DNA of 64,000 nt. It comes from Takakia lepidozioides. Its lineage: Eukaryota > Plantae > Bryophyta. Position 1 is the stretch's first letter. The number at the start of each line of letters is the position of its first letter. The notes beneath the pieces were generated by a model that searched no databases, was not told the DNA's origin, and saw only the letters and a program-made list of their open reading frames with translations. Below are positions 41,490-54,420 of this stretch, piece by piece. The position numbers and the translations under genes are program-made. Where the stretch lies: assembly GCA_030704615.1 (NCBI GenBank), contig CM060731.1, positions 62,248,001 through 62,312,000 on the forward strand, given 5' to 3'.

Positions 41490-43817
41490 CCATGCCTTTG
41501 AATTGCCTTATGACTATCTTTGAAGGGTTTAATTTTTGTTAAAAGGTAGTATGTCCATTACACTACAAAAAAAAACTAAACCACCTACTAAATTTAATCA
41601 AGTAAATAGATTAATTGAATTGATCCACCTAATTGTCGGTGATTTTAGAGGACCGGCCAAATTCGAGAATAATGAGAATAGAAGATTCTTCATGCGTCGC
41701 GTAAATGTGAGTTATGCATGGTTGAGATTTCGATGAACCAAGTGGCAATTTAGTTCAGTTTGGATTTCACGGAAAATTTGTTTGACTATCCGGTAGCATG
41801 TAATTTGGTTTTCCATAGCATATTGTACATGGATGCAGGTAGGTAAACAAGCCATCATCATCGGCCAAGCAGCATTGCGTTTACTGCGCCATCTAATGTG
41901 GATGTTGTTGGTCAGGCATCTGAACATAAATAAGTGAAAATAATCAGTGATATGTTTGTCATGTTTCGTAGAATCCAAGCGGTTTTCATGAAGAAATTGT
42001 CTTCATAATAAAGTTAATTTGGGGGTACCGTCCCTGAAAAAGAAAAAGAAAAATCTGTCCTCATCAATCAAAACGATACATGTATAAATAGAAATCCTAC
42101 ATACTCTATGGATTCCATGGTTGCCACATGGACACATCTGAATAACGATGATTTCTTTCACTTTACATATTTTTTATTTATATATGTATATATATATATT
42201 ATTTTGGAGAAAGGGGAGGAAGCCCTTTTTTTCTTTTTTTTTCTTTTTTCTTGAGAAAGGGGAGGAAGCCCGTTAAAATATTTTCCAAATGATAAGCCGG
42301 CAGGTTGTCTATTTGTTTTTGCACAATTGCAAAAATGATAAGTCGGTAGGTTGTCTATTGCACTTGGACTTAGATGACACTGGACACTTGGGCCAACGGC
42401 ATAGGCTACCCTAGAGGTCGCACTTGGGCTTAGATGACATTGGACACTGGGCCTAGATGACATTGGACACTTGGGCCAACGGCACAGGCTACCCTAGGGC
42501 CTACAGGTTGCACTCGGGCCTCGACATAGGAGACGCACTTGGATACATAGGAAATTGCACTAGATACATAGGAGATTGGACTTGGGCTTAGATGACATTG
42601 GACAATTGGGGCTCTACATGGGAGATGCACTTGGATACATGAAGAGAAAATTGCACTTGGGTTTAGATGGGCCTCGACATAGGAGACGCACTTATATACA
42701 TAGGAAATTACACTTGGTCTTAGATTTCAATTCTTCACATATGGGCCAAACGGCATAGGCTACACTAGAGGTCGCACTTGGGCCTCGACATAGGAGACCC
42801 ACTAGGGTACATAGAAGATCTTACACTTGGGCTTCGATGACAGTGGACACTTGGGCCAACCGTAGAGGCTACCCTAGAGGTCGCATTTGGGCCTCAACAT
42901 AGGAGACGCACTTGGATACAAGGGGATTGCACTTGGACTTAGATGACATTTGACAGTTGGGCCAACAGCACAGCCTACCTAGTCAATATATGAAATGAGA
43001 CGTTGGTTTTGTTTTGTTTTGTTTTGTAGAGTTGAGATGTCCCAAATTGCGGGGCCCTACCATGAATGCTTGGTACCATTGGAAAGCCCTCCTCACTATG
43101 ATGAGGGGTGCACCGACTTGGTCCCATGATTTTTGGACCTGCGGTGTGGGAGATGTCAAATTTCAAGTACTTTGGGTCGTTGGAAATTCCCAAAAAATAG
43201 CAAAGTGGGAATTACTGGGACAATGGTTGGAGCCTCGAGATGAGAGATATCAAAGGAAAGGTCGCCGGTTCAAATCTGGTCGTAGGCTCTGTGAAAAAAA
43301 ATGCATTTGGACTTAGATGATATTGGACCCTTGGGCCAATGGCAGAGGCTACCCTAGAGGTCGCACTTGGGCCTCGACATAGGAGACGCACTTGCATACA
43401 TAGGAGATTGCACTTGGGATTAGATGACACTTGACACTTGGGCCAACAGCACATGCTACCCTAGTTAAAATAATTACACTATACTATTAATAATAATTGG
43501 ACAAATTCCACTCCCACTACTGGCTAGCATGCAAGTGTATAACTGCTGAAAGGATCAACATGCACCATAATTCAAAGTTATCTATTTAGCACGCATGGAA
43601 CATTCCACAAATTTTTACAAAGAGGATAAGATGATGATGCATTTATCCATAATTATATATATAGATTGGTGTGCGACATGGCATTAAAAACTTGCATATA
43701 AGTTGGTCGGTAGATCATTTATTGTATTTATATATATATAGATGAATTATATATACATATTTATTTGCCAAAAAGTTTAATATGTTGTAGGATGCGTTTG
43801 AGAGTCATTGTAAACTT
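41490..43817. repeat. Dispersed composite repeat, copy 2, with an internal ~100-bp minisatellite (42355-43465)
   Basis: Blocks A and B are shared with 21475-23705. The middle consists of CACTTGGGCCTCGACATAGGAGACGCACTTGGATACATAGG...GCTACCCTAGAGGTCG units, which also occur inverted at ~39620-39710 and ~40280-40490. Confidence 0.82.
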
Positions 43818-43980
43818 CAAGGCACGATATGTGAGCTGATAATTAGAACTATATTTATATAGAGGCTGTGGTGCACCTCAAAACAAGAATATTGATGGGT
43901 AGGCTATGGTGGGGCTTAACGTTTCACGCAGAAAACTCGACAAAACAATAAGTATGTTTTTTTTTTTTTTTTTTTTTTTT

Positions 43981-44233
43981 ACACTTGGGAGCGACAGCTC
44001 ACAAATCAGGCCCCTTGATAGAGAGAGGAGAAAATAACCTCTCAGTAACTCAGTTGGTTAAGTGCATTGAGTGCGACCCGGACGATTCTGGGGTCAAATC
44101 TTGATACTTGATGGGTGTGGTATGGTTCGTGTGCGGTGCCCCATTCCTACGCCTCTTGGCGCATAAATGAAAGAGGTTATTTTCTCCTCTCACTACTAAG
44201 GGGCCTGATTTGTGAGCTGTCGCTCCCAGGTGT
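43981..44233. mobile_element. MITE with 36-bp TIRs and an internal tRNA-like segment
   Basis: TIRs ACACTTGGGAGCGACAGCTCACAAATCAGGCCCCTT and AAGGGGCCTGATTTGTGAGCTGTCGCTCCCAGGTGT. No clear TSD, as the element sits between T and A runs. Confidence 0.82.
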
Positions 44234-44258
44234 TTCCCAAAAAAAAAAAAAAAAAATC

Positions 44259-47200
44259 TGCGACCACCAGCAGGGGGGTGGTCGCAGAATTTTCTATTTT
44301 TAAATAGTTGCGACCACCAGCAGGGGGTGGTCGGACCATTTTTCTTTTTGTTAAATAGGTGCGAATAATATGTAGAGCAGTTTCATTCGGGCTTTGATTC
44401 TAGAGTGGTAGCGGGAATTATTGTTGCCCAGGAATTAGAATGGGGCGCCTATGTAGGAAGGCCACGTGTATTAAGGAATGAGATGAGGGGGTCCAAAAAA
44501 AGAATGGAGGAATTGGCTAAATTTAGAATAGGGAGTCTTGCAGGGTTGACATGTGTTCAGGGCCTCTAGAAGGCTCCCAGGGTCGGCGGGCTTCTAGAAG
44601 GGTCCCACCGTCCTGAAAGGCTATATAAGGGAACCCCCCCTTTACTACGTACTAACTTACTACCTATTAAATCAATAAATAGGTGCGACTACCAGCACGG
44701 GGGTGGTCGCAACATTTTTCTTTTATTTTAACAGTTGCGACGACCGCTACTGGTGGTCGCACAATTGTTTTTTTTTAAATAGGTGCGACCACCAGGAGGT
44801 TTGGTCCCCTTGCACCTGTATGTATGTTTGGAGAGGCAGATGAAAAGCATATGTATCGACTCCCCATGGATTTGTGAAGGGGAAGATGAATGTTGGAGCT
44901 GCACCTGGCCTTTGTGGCTTTCGAAACCATAATATGAAATCAACAATGTAAAGGTAATGACGAAACACAAACATACGCACAACCACCAAACCATTTCTTG
45001 GGTACACATATTCCACCATTTTTATTTCCGTACACGTATGCATGTACCCAAACTGAAACATGGATATCCATGGAAACATACTACACATCATGTGACAGAA
45101 GTTATAGCTGTACCTAGTTCCGTCTAGCACGATGACGATGGTATGAACGCACGCCTAGTACAAAATCTTCGTCCCCACTCACTTCACCCCCGTTCCCATT
45201 ATCATTGCTAGAATTATGATCTTCATCTGTTCTTTCGTTTCCAGAGGCAACTGGTTGTTAGACCTGTAGTCGTCCTCGGAGTACGTTCAGTTGTCTCTCT
45301 GGTCGATTTCCACTCCTATCATGAATACCATCTAGGGTATCAGGCATGTTCACAGGTCGGTCAACAACAAAAGGTTGCACAATTCTCTGCCGTTTCTGGG
45401 CTTGTCCCGGATTTCGTGGTGGCCTTGGAGCAGGTCTCGTATGAGGAAGGCTACTCGCACGTACATCAGAGGGGCCGACATGAGAGGAAGGGGCATGAGA
45501 TGGACCAGCGAGGGTCGAGGGAGCACAGTTCACATGGGACGTCGTCGGGCCAGATGAAACGATAATGGCCGATCGTCGTCATCCGATGGTTCGACTTGCA
45601 GAAGTCCCGCATCAGAAGAAGCATCTCCCAGGATCGGAGTAGCGATGGAAGGAATTACATGAGGGAGAGAGAGACTAGATGGACCAGCATGGGATGGACC
45701 GGCTTGAGAAAGAGAAACATAAGGTGGAGCGGCGTGAGATGAAGCACGGTTCACAGGACACGATGTCGGTGAAGGAATGACAACGGCCGGTTGTCATCAT
45801 CCGACGATTCGACCTGCACATCTCCCGCAGTCCGTGGAATTCGTGGTGGGGGAGAGTTGACCTCAATTTCATTGTTGAGAGTATGCTCCACTGGGGGAAA
45901 GGGGTCCGCAATTGAGATGACATCATGTCACATTTCATCAACAACAAGGTCATTGAAGGATGGATGCATTGCAGCATCATCGTCGTTAAATTCATATGGG
46001 TCATGTGGAGGATTGCCCACATCATCAGACCCATCCCAACCGTTGGAGTCGGAGTTCCTCGCGGCGTCGGTGTCATCATTGCTGCTAGATTGGACCGCTG
46101 AGGAAGATTCTTCAGACAACAGATTCTTCTCGTACAATGCAGATGCGTCATTTGATGTCATCTCTCGCAGTAGCCTACAATTCGTGTAGACATAAACCAA
46201 TTTGTCAGCCCTGGCAGGATTCAACCTGTTGCAAATCTTGTTGTGAACAAACGAGTAACTGCTCCAGTTCTGCTCACAGGACGAGGCAGAGCACACTTGA
46301 GCGAGAATACGCTTTGCAATGGGAGTTAACATTCTTGCTCCAGCTTCAATCAGATCCCACCATTCATGTGGCAACATGTTCATTGCTTTTGGATCCGGCA
46401 TGTCATGGAAATGATTCTGGCGATTCGAGAAACACTAATACTCGGACAAAGCTCGCTCTGCCATGTTCAAGGGCACGAGTTGCATGATGACCCGTACAAG
46501 CACGGCTTTGGCATCCATATTGTCTCTAAAATCCGTATTGTCCAGCAAGAATGGATTCAACAAGGCCCCCGCATAATGCAAATCCGTGTGAACCATCCGT
46601 TTGCGGTCGTAAAATGCATCATCAGTCCTTGCCGCCAAATCATCGTCCATAGAAAATGGAGGACGCCTCAAGGATTGCACGTGCTCCTCAAGGTTTTCCA
46701 ATATCAACCATGCTTTATCCATTATTGGTTGTTTTCCATCTCATGCTTTCTAAACAATGCTAGAGGGATGTGATGTGTATGAATGAACGTCACAACCGAC
46801 TTTGCCATTTTTACTAGTTGTTTCATCCATGATTCTTTTCCCCAATCCTCCAAAAGGAGAACAAAGATATGAGCAGCACACCCTTGGTAATATAGATGGG
46901 GATATTGTACCATCAAAATATCGGCCATATTTACCATGTTAGATGCATTGTCTGTGCACACTTGGACTATTTTATCAGCTCCAATTTTATCGATGAAACT
47001 CGTCAACAACCCTGCTTGATAACGTGCATCTTTTCTCTCCCCGCTTGTGTCAACGGATCCCAAAAATTGTTCCCCGCAACACAGAACAGCATGACATTGA
47101 ACAGTGGTCGATTAGTAACAGAACTCCAACCGTCCACACATATAGTGCTTCCATATTTCCGGAGAGAATCACCTGTCTTTTCATTCACCTTTTGGTTGAG

Positions 47201-48342
47201 ATCAGACATAGCCTCTTCTAGCAATCCTGTGCGGAGATCGCGATAACTCGGAGGTGTGTATGTAGACTTGGAATCGGACGTGGCTTTGACAGCAGCCACA
47301 AATGCATGAAGCCTCGAGACATTGAATGGAATATTGGCCTCGTAGAAAAATTGGGCCCACTTCTTATCCAGAGTCCTCCTGTGCGACAAATTTAAGCTTT
47401 CTTGCATTGATTGTTGCCTCAATGGTCCGGTCCGTACAAGTGCTGGCATACAATCAAGTGTTGCTCCTGACCCACCGGCTTCTCCACGAACAGCAGACGT
47501 CTCGCAAGAATCCCCCTGGGTACAACTCTGAGGGACATTTTTGATTCGAACCTGGAGTGTTTGGCTCAGAAGCCGTGGCCACATCAAGAGACGGTGGGAT
47601 ATTGCATCTACATTGGGCAAAGTGGGCTTTCACTCGCATGGAGGCTTTTGGGCACAAACTAACCCCTGCATTCTTCCCATCTCTATAGCCGAGGTGATAT
47701 AACATGCGATCTTTGCGACCCGCCAGCTTCAATGCACATAGATTGCATTGAACACCGTCCTTTTTGTGCGGGTCTACGGTGAACCAAGGGATCCACTCCT
47801 CCCTCATCCTCACACCCAAAATCCTAACCACAGACTTAAGGTTGAACGAAGAACACCAGTGTACTTGGTAGATTTGTCAAGAGCAATAGAAGTTAAAACA
47901 GAATGCGATGGCCCAACACTACGGCATCAATCCAAGAATGCACCATGTAATATTGTGCTTTTCGACAATTTGCTGCAGTGGCTCTGGTGGAAGCCACAAC
48001 AGCAAACGGTCCGCACCCTCCTCTTGGGCTTACACTCTTGCTCAAGGAATAGAGAACATTTACTCGCCACAGAAGTGTTTGTCACAAAAGAAGTAAGGGG
48101 CATTGGGACCACCTTATATACCCTCCAGCCTCCAAGCCTCACACGCTCGATGAATTAGAATCCAATGCTGCGACCGCTCCAGATCGCATGTTATTTTTTT
48201 TTTAAAATTGTTGCGACCACCCCTGTTGGTGGTCGCATCTATTTTTAAAAAACAAAAAATGATGCAACAACCCCTCTGCTGGTGGTCGCAACTATTAAAA
48301 AATAAGATAAATTCTGCGACCACACCATTTGGAGGTCGCACC
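44259..48342 (-). mobile_element. Decayed hAT-superfamily DNA transposon (BED finger, DUF659-type core, hAT dimerisation domain). Transposase remnants at ~47831-45928
   Basis: Motifs CNLC..RMLYHL (BED), FFYEANIPFN, PPSY.DLR..LL, DGWS, QVCTDNASN, GCAAH, A.LLNP and SASSCEQNWSSYSFVHNK..NRL. Frameshifts and an internal deletion near 46722. The hairpin motif TGCGACCACC-N-GGTGGTCGCA clusters at both ends. Exact TIRs were not identified. Confidence 0.88.
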
Positions 48343-48700
48343 AATTTAACAATAATTATTTAAAAATGACCTCAAATATTGGCGGATGGAGTAATTTATA
48401 AAACAATTCATTCACTTACCAAGGTGTCGCTTGGAATACAACGTGTCCACCTACGTGATATATTTTTCACCTAACTCATGTTTTACTGATTTTTCGGCAA
48501 AACTGACGTTTCGCCGTGCATGTCATTCTTACAGAAGATTATAAATCCCAAAATCCGTTGCATACATCGCCCGCAGTCATTGGGACTGTGCTACCCTTAT
48601 TCACCTCAGTTCGTTTGGGGTGGATCCCCTCTTGAGAATTACGGGTTATCAGTTCGGGGGACCCTTTGTGGATCGCAACTTTGGCTTAGTGTAGGAAAAC

Positions 48701-50868
48701 ATGTCCATGGAAGGAGACAAACTCGCTCGATTTTATTCCAATGTAGGTAGTCTTCCACTGACTACCACTGCAGATGACGATGGGTTTGCAATTGTTCATG
48801 AGGATGAGTTGGTTACAGTGTTCCCTCTGGAATTGGGTTCTCTGCTTGTTCAAAAAGAGGTGTATGACGAGGATAAGAATTTGGATTCTGGTCACTTGCA
48901 GAAACCATTGGTTGGCGAGTGTGGGAGAAAGTGGAGAGTCATTCCAGGCACATATCGGGTCCTTGGAATATAGAGAAGACAATCAGCAGGATCAATAGTT
49001 ACCCCTGGCACTGCAGCATCGGTGATGGACCATTTCTCCGTGTTGAGCTCTCCCAATATTCGAAACCAGGTGAATGCACTCAGAATGGGCACAGGCAGTG
49101 TTAGATTCATGGACGACATTATAGACCTCAAATGGAGGAGTCGCTATGAATTCATTCAAAATAGTATCTTCCCTTGCCAGGGCTCGTCCAAGGTGTATTT
49201 GTTCAAGATGTCCATAGTGGGCGAAGGCAGTGGTGTGAGCATTGTCCGCCGATTGCAACCTGGAGGAGATTTGGCAAAATGTTGGTTAATGTTTGATCAC
49301 TGCAAACGGGTGAAGAGGACACTGAATCCCAAATGCTCATGTGGAATTCTCTCCTGGCCGTCATGCAGCGCAATGGAATGCAGAACACAAATTTTGCGGG
49401 GTTCATGGCTGATAGTGCACAGGCAAATTTCAATGCAGTGCGGCGCATCTTTGGTTCGGGAGATCCTAAGGTCCCAATGGAAAATAGGGAGCGCACATGC
49501 CTCTTCCATTGGAGTCAATCTCTGGCACGTCATACAAAGCGCTGCCTTCAACCTGACCTTCAGTTGGAGCACAGAAGGCTATGCCTCAAGTACAAAAATG
49601 CCACCTCAATGGGAGAAGCTGAGAGCACTTACCAAGCAATCCGGGCTTGGTGGTTCTTCTCTGGTGCTGCTACTGGGATCCACTTGAAGGAGTTGGAAGA
49701 CTGGTTGGTTTTCTGGCACTTCAGGTAAAGACAGTGGGGAGCTTTCATGATGAAGGTAAGCCTCTTCAATCCCAGAAACACAAATTTCACTTTGCATCGT
49801 GCCTGTTCCTTTGGGGTTGTTGGATTGTCACTTGCAGAACCTCTTCCATTTCCTTTCGTTCCTCACATTTGCGTGCATTGCCTCCTACATGACATGTCCT
49901 TGGAGGACTTGGCCGACATGTCTTCCTGTAATTTGGCGGAGATTGTTCACAACGCCTGGATGCAGCAGTCTACCAAAGCAGGACGTGACTTGTATGTTGC
50001 CACTGTAGATGACATGGTGCGAGCACTTACACAACAAACCAGATACCGCAATTTTCTAATGGGACGGGGCGGAGGCAAAGGCCCTGATACGACTTTGTTG
50101 ATGCTAAGGGCTGTGAGCGGCTCTGGAGACCCATCAAAGATGGCAAGAGCTCTGAACAGGTGCACTGAAGGCTTCCCTTTGCAATCCAGGGTCCCTTATT
50201 TGGAAGGCGAGGAAACATTTGGATCATGCAAAAGGAAATTGAACACTCCTCCAGGGTCGGATGGAGATTCCCATTGTCCGGACAGGGTCAATTTCTCTGT
50301 ACCAAAGGTGTCTCCGGTGCAGACTAAGTCAAGTGCCCGCCCCTTCCCAGGTGGATCCTCTTCCAGTGGAGCAGGTGCAAATCATGCAAGCATATCAGCA
50401 GGAATCCCATTGGAGGAGGTGGTGTCCTTGGTGCATGAATCTGATTGCATTGACAGTGAGTGGCATATAGAACGCACCCCACCAGGACCTAGAGTGGCTT
50501 GCATGGCAATTCCGACCCCCTCTTTCAAGAAATGCAAATAAAAAATATGCAAAGGCTCCAGGGGGACTCCAGCTCCAACATTCACAGGGTTGTTCTGACC
50601 TTATCATAGTGGGGAGTCAAAGGACTGCAAGTTCTGGTTCTGCCCAGACGATATGGCACGATGCGTCAAGGGAACAGTTCGTCCTTCAGTGATAATGAAG
50701 CCCCCTCCGCCCGCAATTTGGCCTGTGAAACTTGGGACGTCGCTGTCATCAATCGAGATAAGCATGCTGGAGGAGGGAGGGTTCCGCTGCACGGTCCCGG
50801 GTGGTGCCCTCATGCACTCTGGGCACAGATGTGCCACATGCCCCGGCAATGCCTCCACCCGGTGCTGA
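48701..50868 (+). mobile_element. Decayed Mutator-like (MULE) DDE transposase gene with at least one intron
   Basis: MFDH (first D), FMADSAQANFNAV (second D), RTCLFHWSQS (the CxxH of MULE transposases), CNLAE.VH (E) and a Cys-rich C-terminus. Stops at ~48971, ~49726 and ~50539, and a frameshift near 49315. Confidence 0.68.
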
Positions 50869-50944
50869 CTCCCACCCAACAAAAAAAAGATGGAAAAACA
50901 GTGCGTCGTGTCGCTTCGGGTGCAGATCACGACTGTAAGATGGT

Positions 50945-52972
50945 GTCGTGCGCATACATATCGCTACACAACTACATCGCTGTCCAAAACCACACAACAC
51001 ATGTGCACACCACACACTAGTATACCACTAATCCACCACTAGTCCAGCTACTAGTCCAACCACTAGGCTACAACTAGTCAGTCACTAGGCTGCCACTATG
51101 CTGCCCACTATGCCAGTCACTAGTCCACACAATGATAAAGAAGAAGAAGAAGACATACAAGCACAAGCTCATGAGAGCTCACAAAGCTGGAGCATAAACT
51201 CATGCATATATAACCTCATCACTCAAATACAAGTCAAGCCAAGTGCACCCCACGCCATGGGGAATCCACACTACGGCGCCATAGCTAGGCGCGGTGAGGC
51301 TCAACTCGAGAAAGATGAGTCTCCCGCGCTTGCCGTGAAGATAACCACTCCAGGGCCTAAATCTGCCTTGACCCCTGGATTGACACTTGGGCCAATCCCA
51401 AATGTCAATATGTAAAAACTAGCTATTTCCTAGCTAGTTTCACACTAGTGGTAAAATAACTTGACAGCTGTCGTGCGCATACATATCGCTACACAACTAC
51501 ATCGCTGTCCAAAACCACACAACACATGTGCACACCACACACTAGTATACCATTAATCCACCACTAGTCCAGCTACTAGTCCAACCACTAGGCTACAACT
51601 AGTCAGTCACTATGCTGCCACTATGCTGCCCACTATGGCAGTCACTAGTCCACACAATGATAAAGAAGAAGAAGAAGACATACAAGCACAAGCTCATGAG
51701 AGCTCACAAAGCTGGAGCATAAATTCATGCATATATAACCTCATCACTCAAATACAAGTCAAGCCAAGTGCACCCCACGCCATGGGGAATCCACACTACG
51801 GCGCCATAGCTAGGCGCGGTGAGGCTCAACTCGAGAAAGATGAGCCTCCCGCGCTTGCCGTGAAGATAACCACTCCAGGGCCTAAATCTGCTTTGACCCC
51901 TGGATTGACACTTGGGCCAATCCCAAATGTCAATATGTAAAAACTAGCTATTTCCTAGCTAGTTTCACACTAGTGGTAAAATAACTTGACAGCTGACGTG
52001 CGCATACATATCGCTACACAACTACATTGCTGTCCAAAACCACACAACACATGTGCACACCACACACTAGTATACCATTAATCCACCACTAGTCGAGCTA
52101 CTAGTCCAACCACTAGGCTACAACTAGTCAGTCACTAGGCTGCCACTATGCTGCCCACTATGGCAGTCACTAGTCCACACAATGATAAAGAAGAAGAAGA
52201 AGACATACAAGCACAAGCTCATGAGAGCTCACAAAGCTGAAGCATAAATTCATGCATATATAACCTCATCACTCAAATACATGTCAAGCCAAGTGCACCC
52301 CACACCATGGGGAATCCACACTACGGCGCCATAGCTAGGCGCGGTGAGGCTCAACTCGAGAAAGATGAGTCTCCCGCGCTTGCCGTGAAGATAACCACTC
52401 CAGGGCCTAAATCTGCCTTGACCCCTGGATTGACACTTGGGCCAATCCCAAATGTCAATATGTAAAAACTAGCTATTTCCTAGCTAGTTTCACACTAGTG
52501 GTAAAATAACTTGACAGCTATCGTGCGCATACATATCGCTACACAACTACATCGTTGTCCAAAACCACACAACACATGTGCACACCACACACTAGTATAC
52601 CATTAATCCACCACTAGTCGAGCTACTAGTCCAACCACTAGGCTACAACTAGTCAGTCACTAGGCTGCCACTATGCTGCCCACTATGGCAGTCACTAGTC
52701 CACACAATGATAAAGAAGAAGAAGAAGACATACAAGCACAAGCTCATGAGAGCTCACAAAACTGAAGCATAAATTCATGCATATATAACCTCATCACTCA
52801 AATACATGTCAAGCCAAGTGCACCCCACGCCATGGGGAATCCACACTACGGCGCCATAGCTAGGCACGGTGAGGCTCAACTCGAGAAAGATGAGTCTCCC
52901 GCACTTGCCGTGAAGATAACCACTCCAGGGCCTAAATCTGCCTTGACCCCTGGATTGACACTTGGGCCAATC
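50945..52972. repeat. Tandem array of a 525-bp unit, ~3.9 copies, very high identity
   Basis: Units start at ~50945, 51469, 51994 and 52519 with (T/A)CGTGCGCATACATATCGC. The unit is rich in ACTAGT. The last copy breaks off abruptly at GGGCCAATCC. Confidence 0.95.
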
Positions 52973-53429
52973 CGGGGGCTGCTATTTCATGAGCCATGAG
53001 CCATGAGCGGCATGAGCCATGAGCAGAGTCGTAAGTGTGGAAAAAAACATGAGCAGCACTATTTTCCGTAAATGAGTGTCCGCGGGAATAGGGTTTAGGG
53101 TGCCACGGTCATAGGGGGAGAAGGACCTCCCGATGAAGGAGGTTCGGCAATGTTATTTAGAATTATATATTGAAAGGCAATGTTTCGCGAATGGTAGGGT
53201 GGTACTGCTCTGTACAATGGGGGCCCATTTCAGCCTACCAGCCATTTGCAAAATTCACCCACACTCCCAATCCCAAACGAAATGAGCAATGACGCATTCT
53301 CGGAACGATGGACACAGAATAGAATAAAAAGAGGGAGGTTTTTATTGATCCACATGAATTGCATTTGAAGCACGTCTACTGTGCTGATTGTGCCATCAAA
53401 TCTTGAGCCCTGTGCCTACTGAATACAAG

Positions 53430-54260
53430 TCACGTTGTCAATGGGACTTCGACTGCTCTCAGAACTAGCTCATGAGTCATGGGGCTCCTCCATGTAAAGT
53501 CGATTGCAGCCGTTGTACCGCCCCTAGTGATGTTCACCACAATGTCCTGCCCTTCAATCATACCACCATCGAATATGGAAATCTTCACGTTTTCGTCGTC
53601 CACACCAATGCGAATGTCCCCATACAATGGAGAAGAGGAGCGCACTCCTCGAGGAGAATAGGTCTCTCCGATGGAGTCCACCCACGTCCAGTGGCAGCAG
53701 TTCCACCGCAACAGCATAGCAGTGCGCCTTCTTCTGCATGGGTGACCGTCGTAGCTGGGAAAATCGGAATCGAGGATGCGCAGGAGCCACGGACTCCTCA
53801 GACCAAGATCGTCACCCCGCTCGAAGGCGTAGTGGCCTACGATATACTCAAAAGCCACCAATGTTTCCACAATCGAACCAGTATCTTCTGTGTAATCTGT
53901 GTACCGGATAACAATGTCTCCCGATGTGGCCGAATACATTGCATAATCGATGCCTCCAAAGGGGCAGTCGTCCCGGTTCCGGAAGCACGGCATCCTTGCA
54001 AAGGAGGACCTGAGGACGACTTGGATGCCGATGACCTTGCGGACAGCTACGAAGCCCTTAGATTTTGGAAATGATACGAAGCGGAAGAGCAGTCCGGCCT
54101 CCAATAATGGAGCATCTGGGTCACACGTACCCACCGACGGAGGTGGAACGTGTTCATCACGCCAGCGGTGGATGAAGCCATACATCTTTCTCATCAACAA
54201 GTTATAGTTTGAGATCTGCCACCGAAGTCCATCCCCCCGGATGGAAATTCGGCGCCGCAT
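53430..54260 (-). CDS. Hypothetical protein, 276-aa ORF of unrecognised family; true start uncertain
   Basis: Long stop-free ORF with globular composition. A diverged paralog at 54421-54714 conserves two peptide blocks, which supports coding status. Confidence 0.55.
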   Translation of the reverse strand: MRRRISIRGDGLRWQISNYNLLMRKMYGFIHRWRDEHVPPPSVGTCDPDAPLLEAGLLFRFVSFPKSKGFVAVRKVIGIQVVLRSSFARMPCFRNRDDCPFGGIDYAMYSATSGDIVIRYTDYTEDTGSIVETLVAFEYIVGHYAFERGDDLGLRSPWLLRILDSDFPSYDGHPCRRRRTAMLLRWNCCHWTWVDSIGETYSPRGVRSSSPLYGDIRIGVDDENVKISIFDGGMIEGQDIVVNITRGGTTAAIDFTWRSPMTHELVLRAVEVPLTT

Positions 54261-54420
54261 TTACATCGAAGAGGGGATGGACTTCGTCGTGTCCAGTGGC
54301 TATCGGCCCACCTGGCAGTGACTGCCCATAGTTTGCATGGCAGGGTAGGAAACAGAAACGGCTACATTCATGCAGCAGCCAATCTTCATCGGTCCAGGAT
54401 CCTGTAGGGGGGAAATTTAA

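Noticed and set aside
51098-51940. 105-aa ORFs in the 525-bp tandem units
   Set aside because: The frame is broken by TGG-to-TGA in copies 3 and 4 and has no recognisable domain. The repetition reflects the DNA repeat.
53091-53100. Telomere-like GGGTTTAGGG (also at ~29087)
   Set aside because: Single units are expected by chance.
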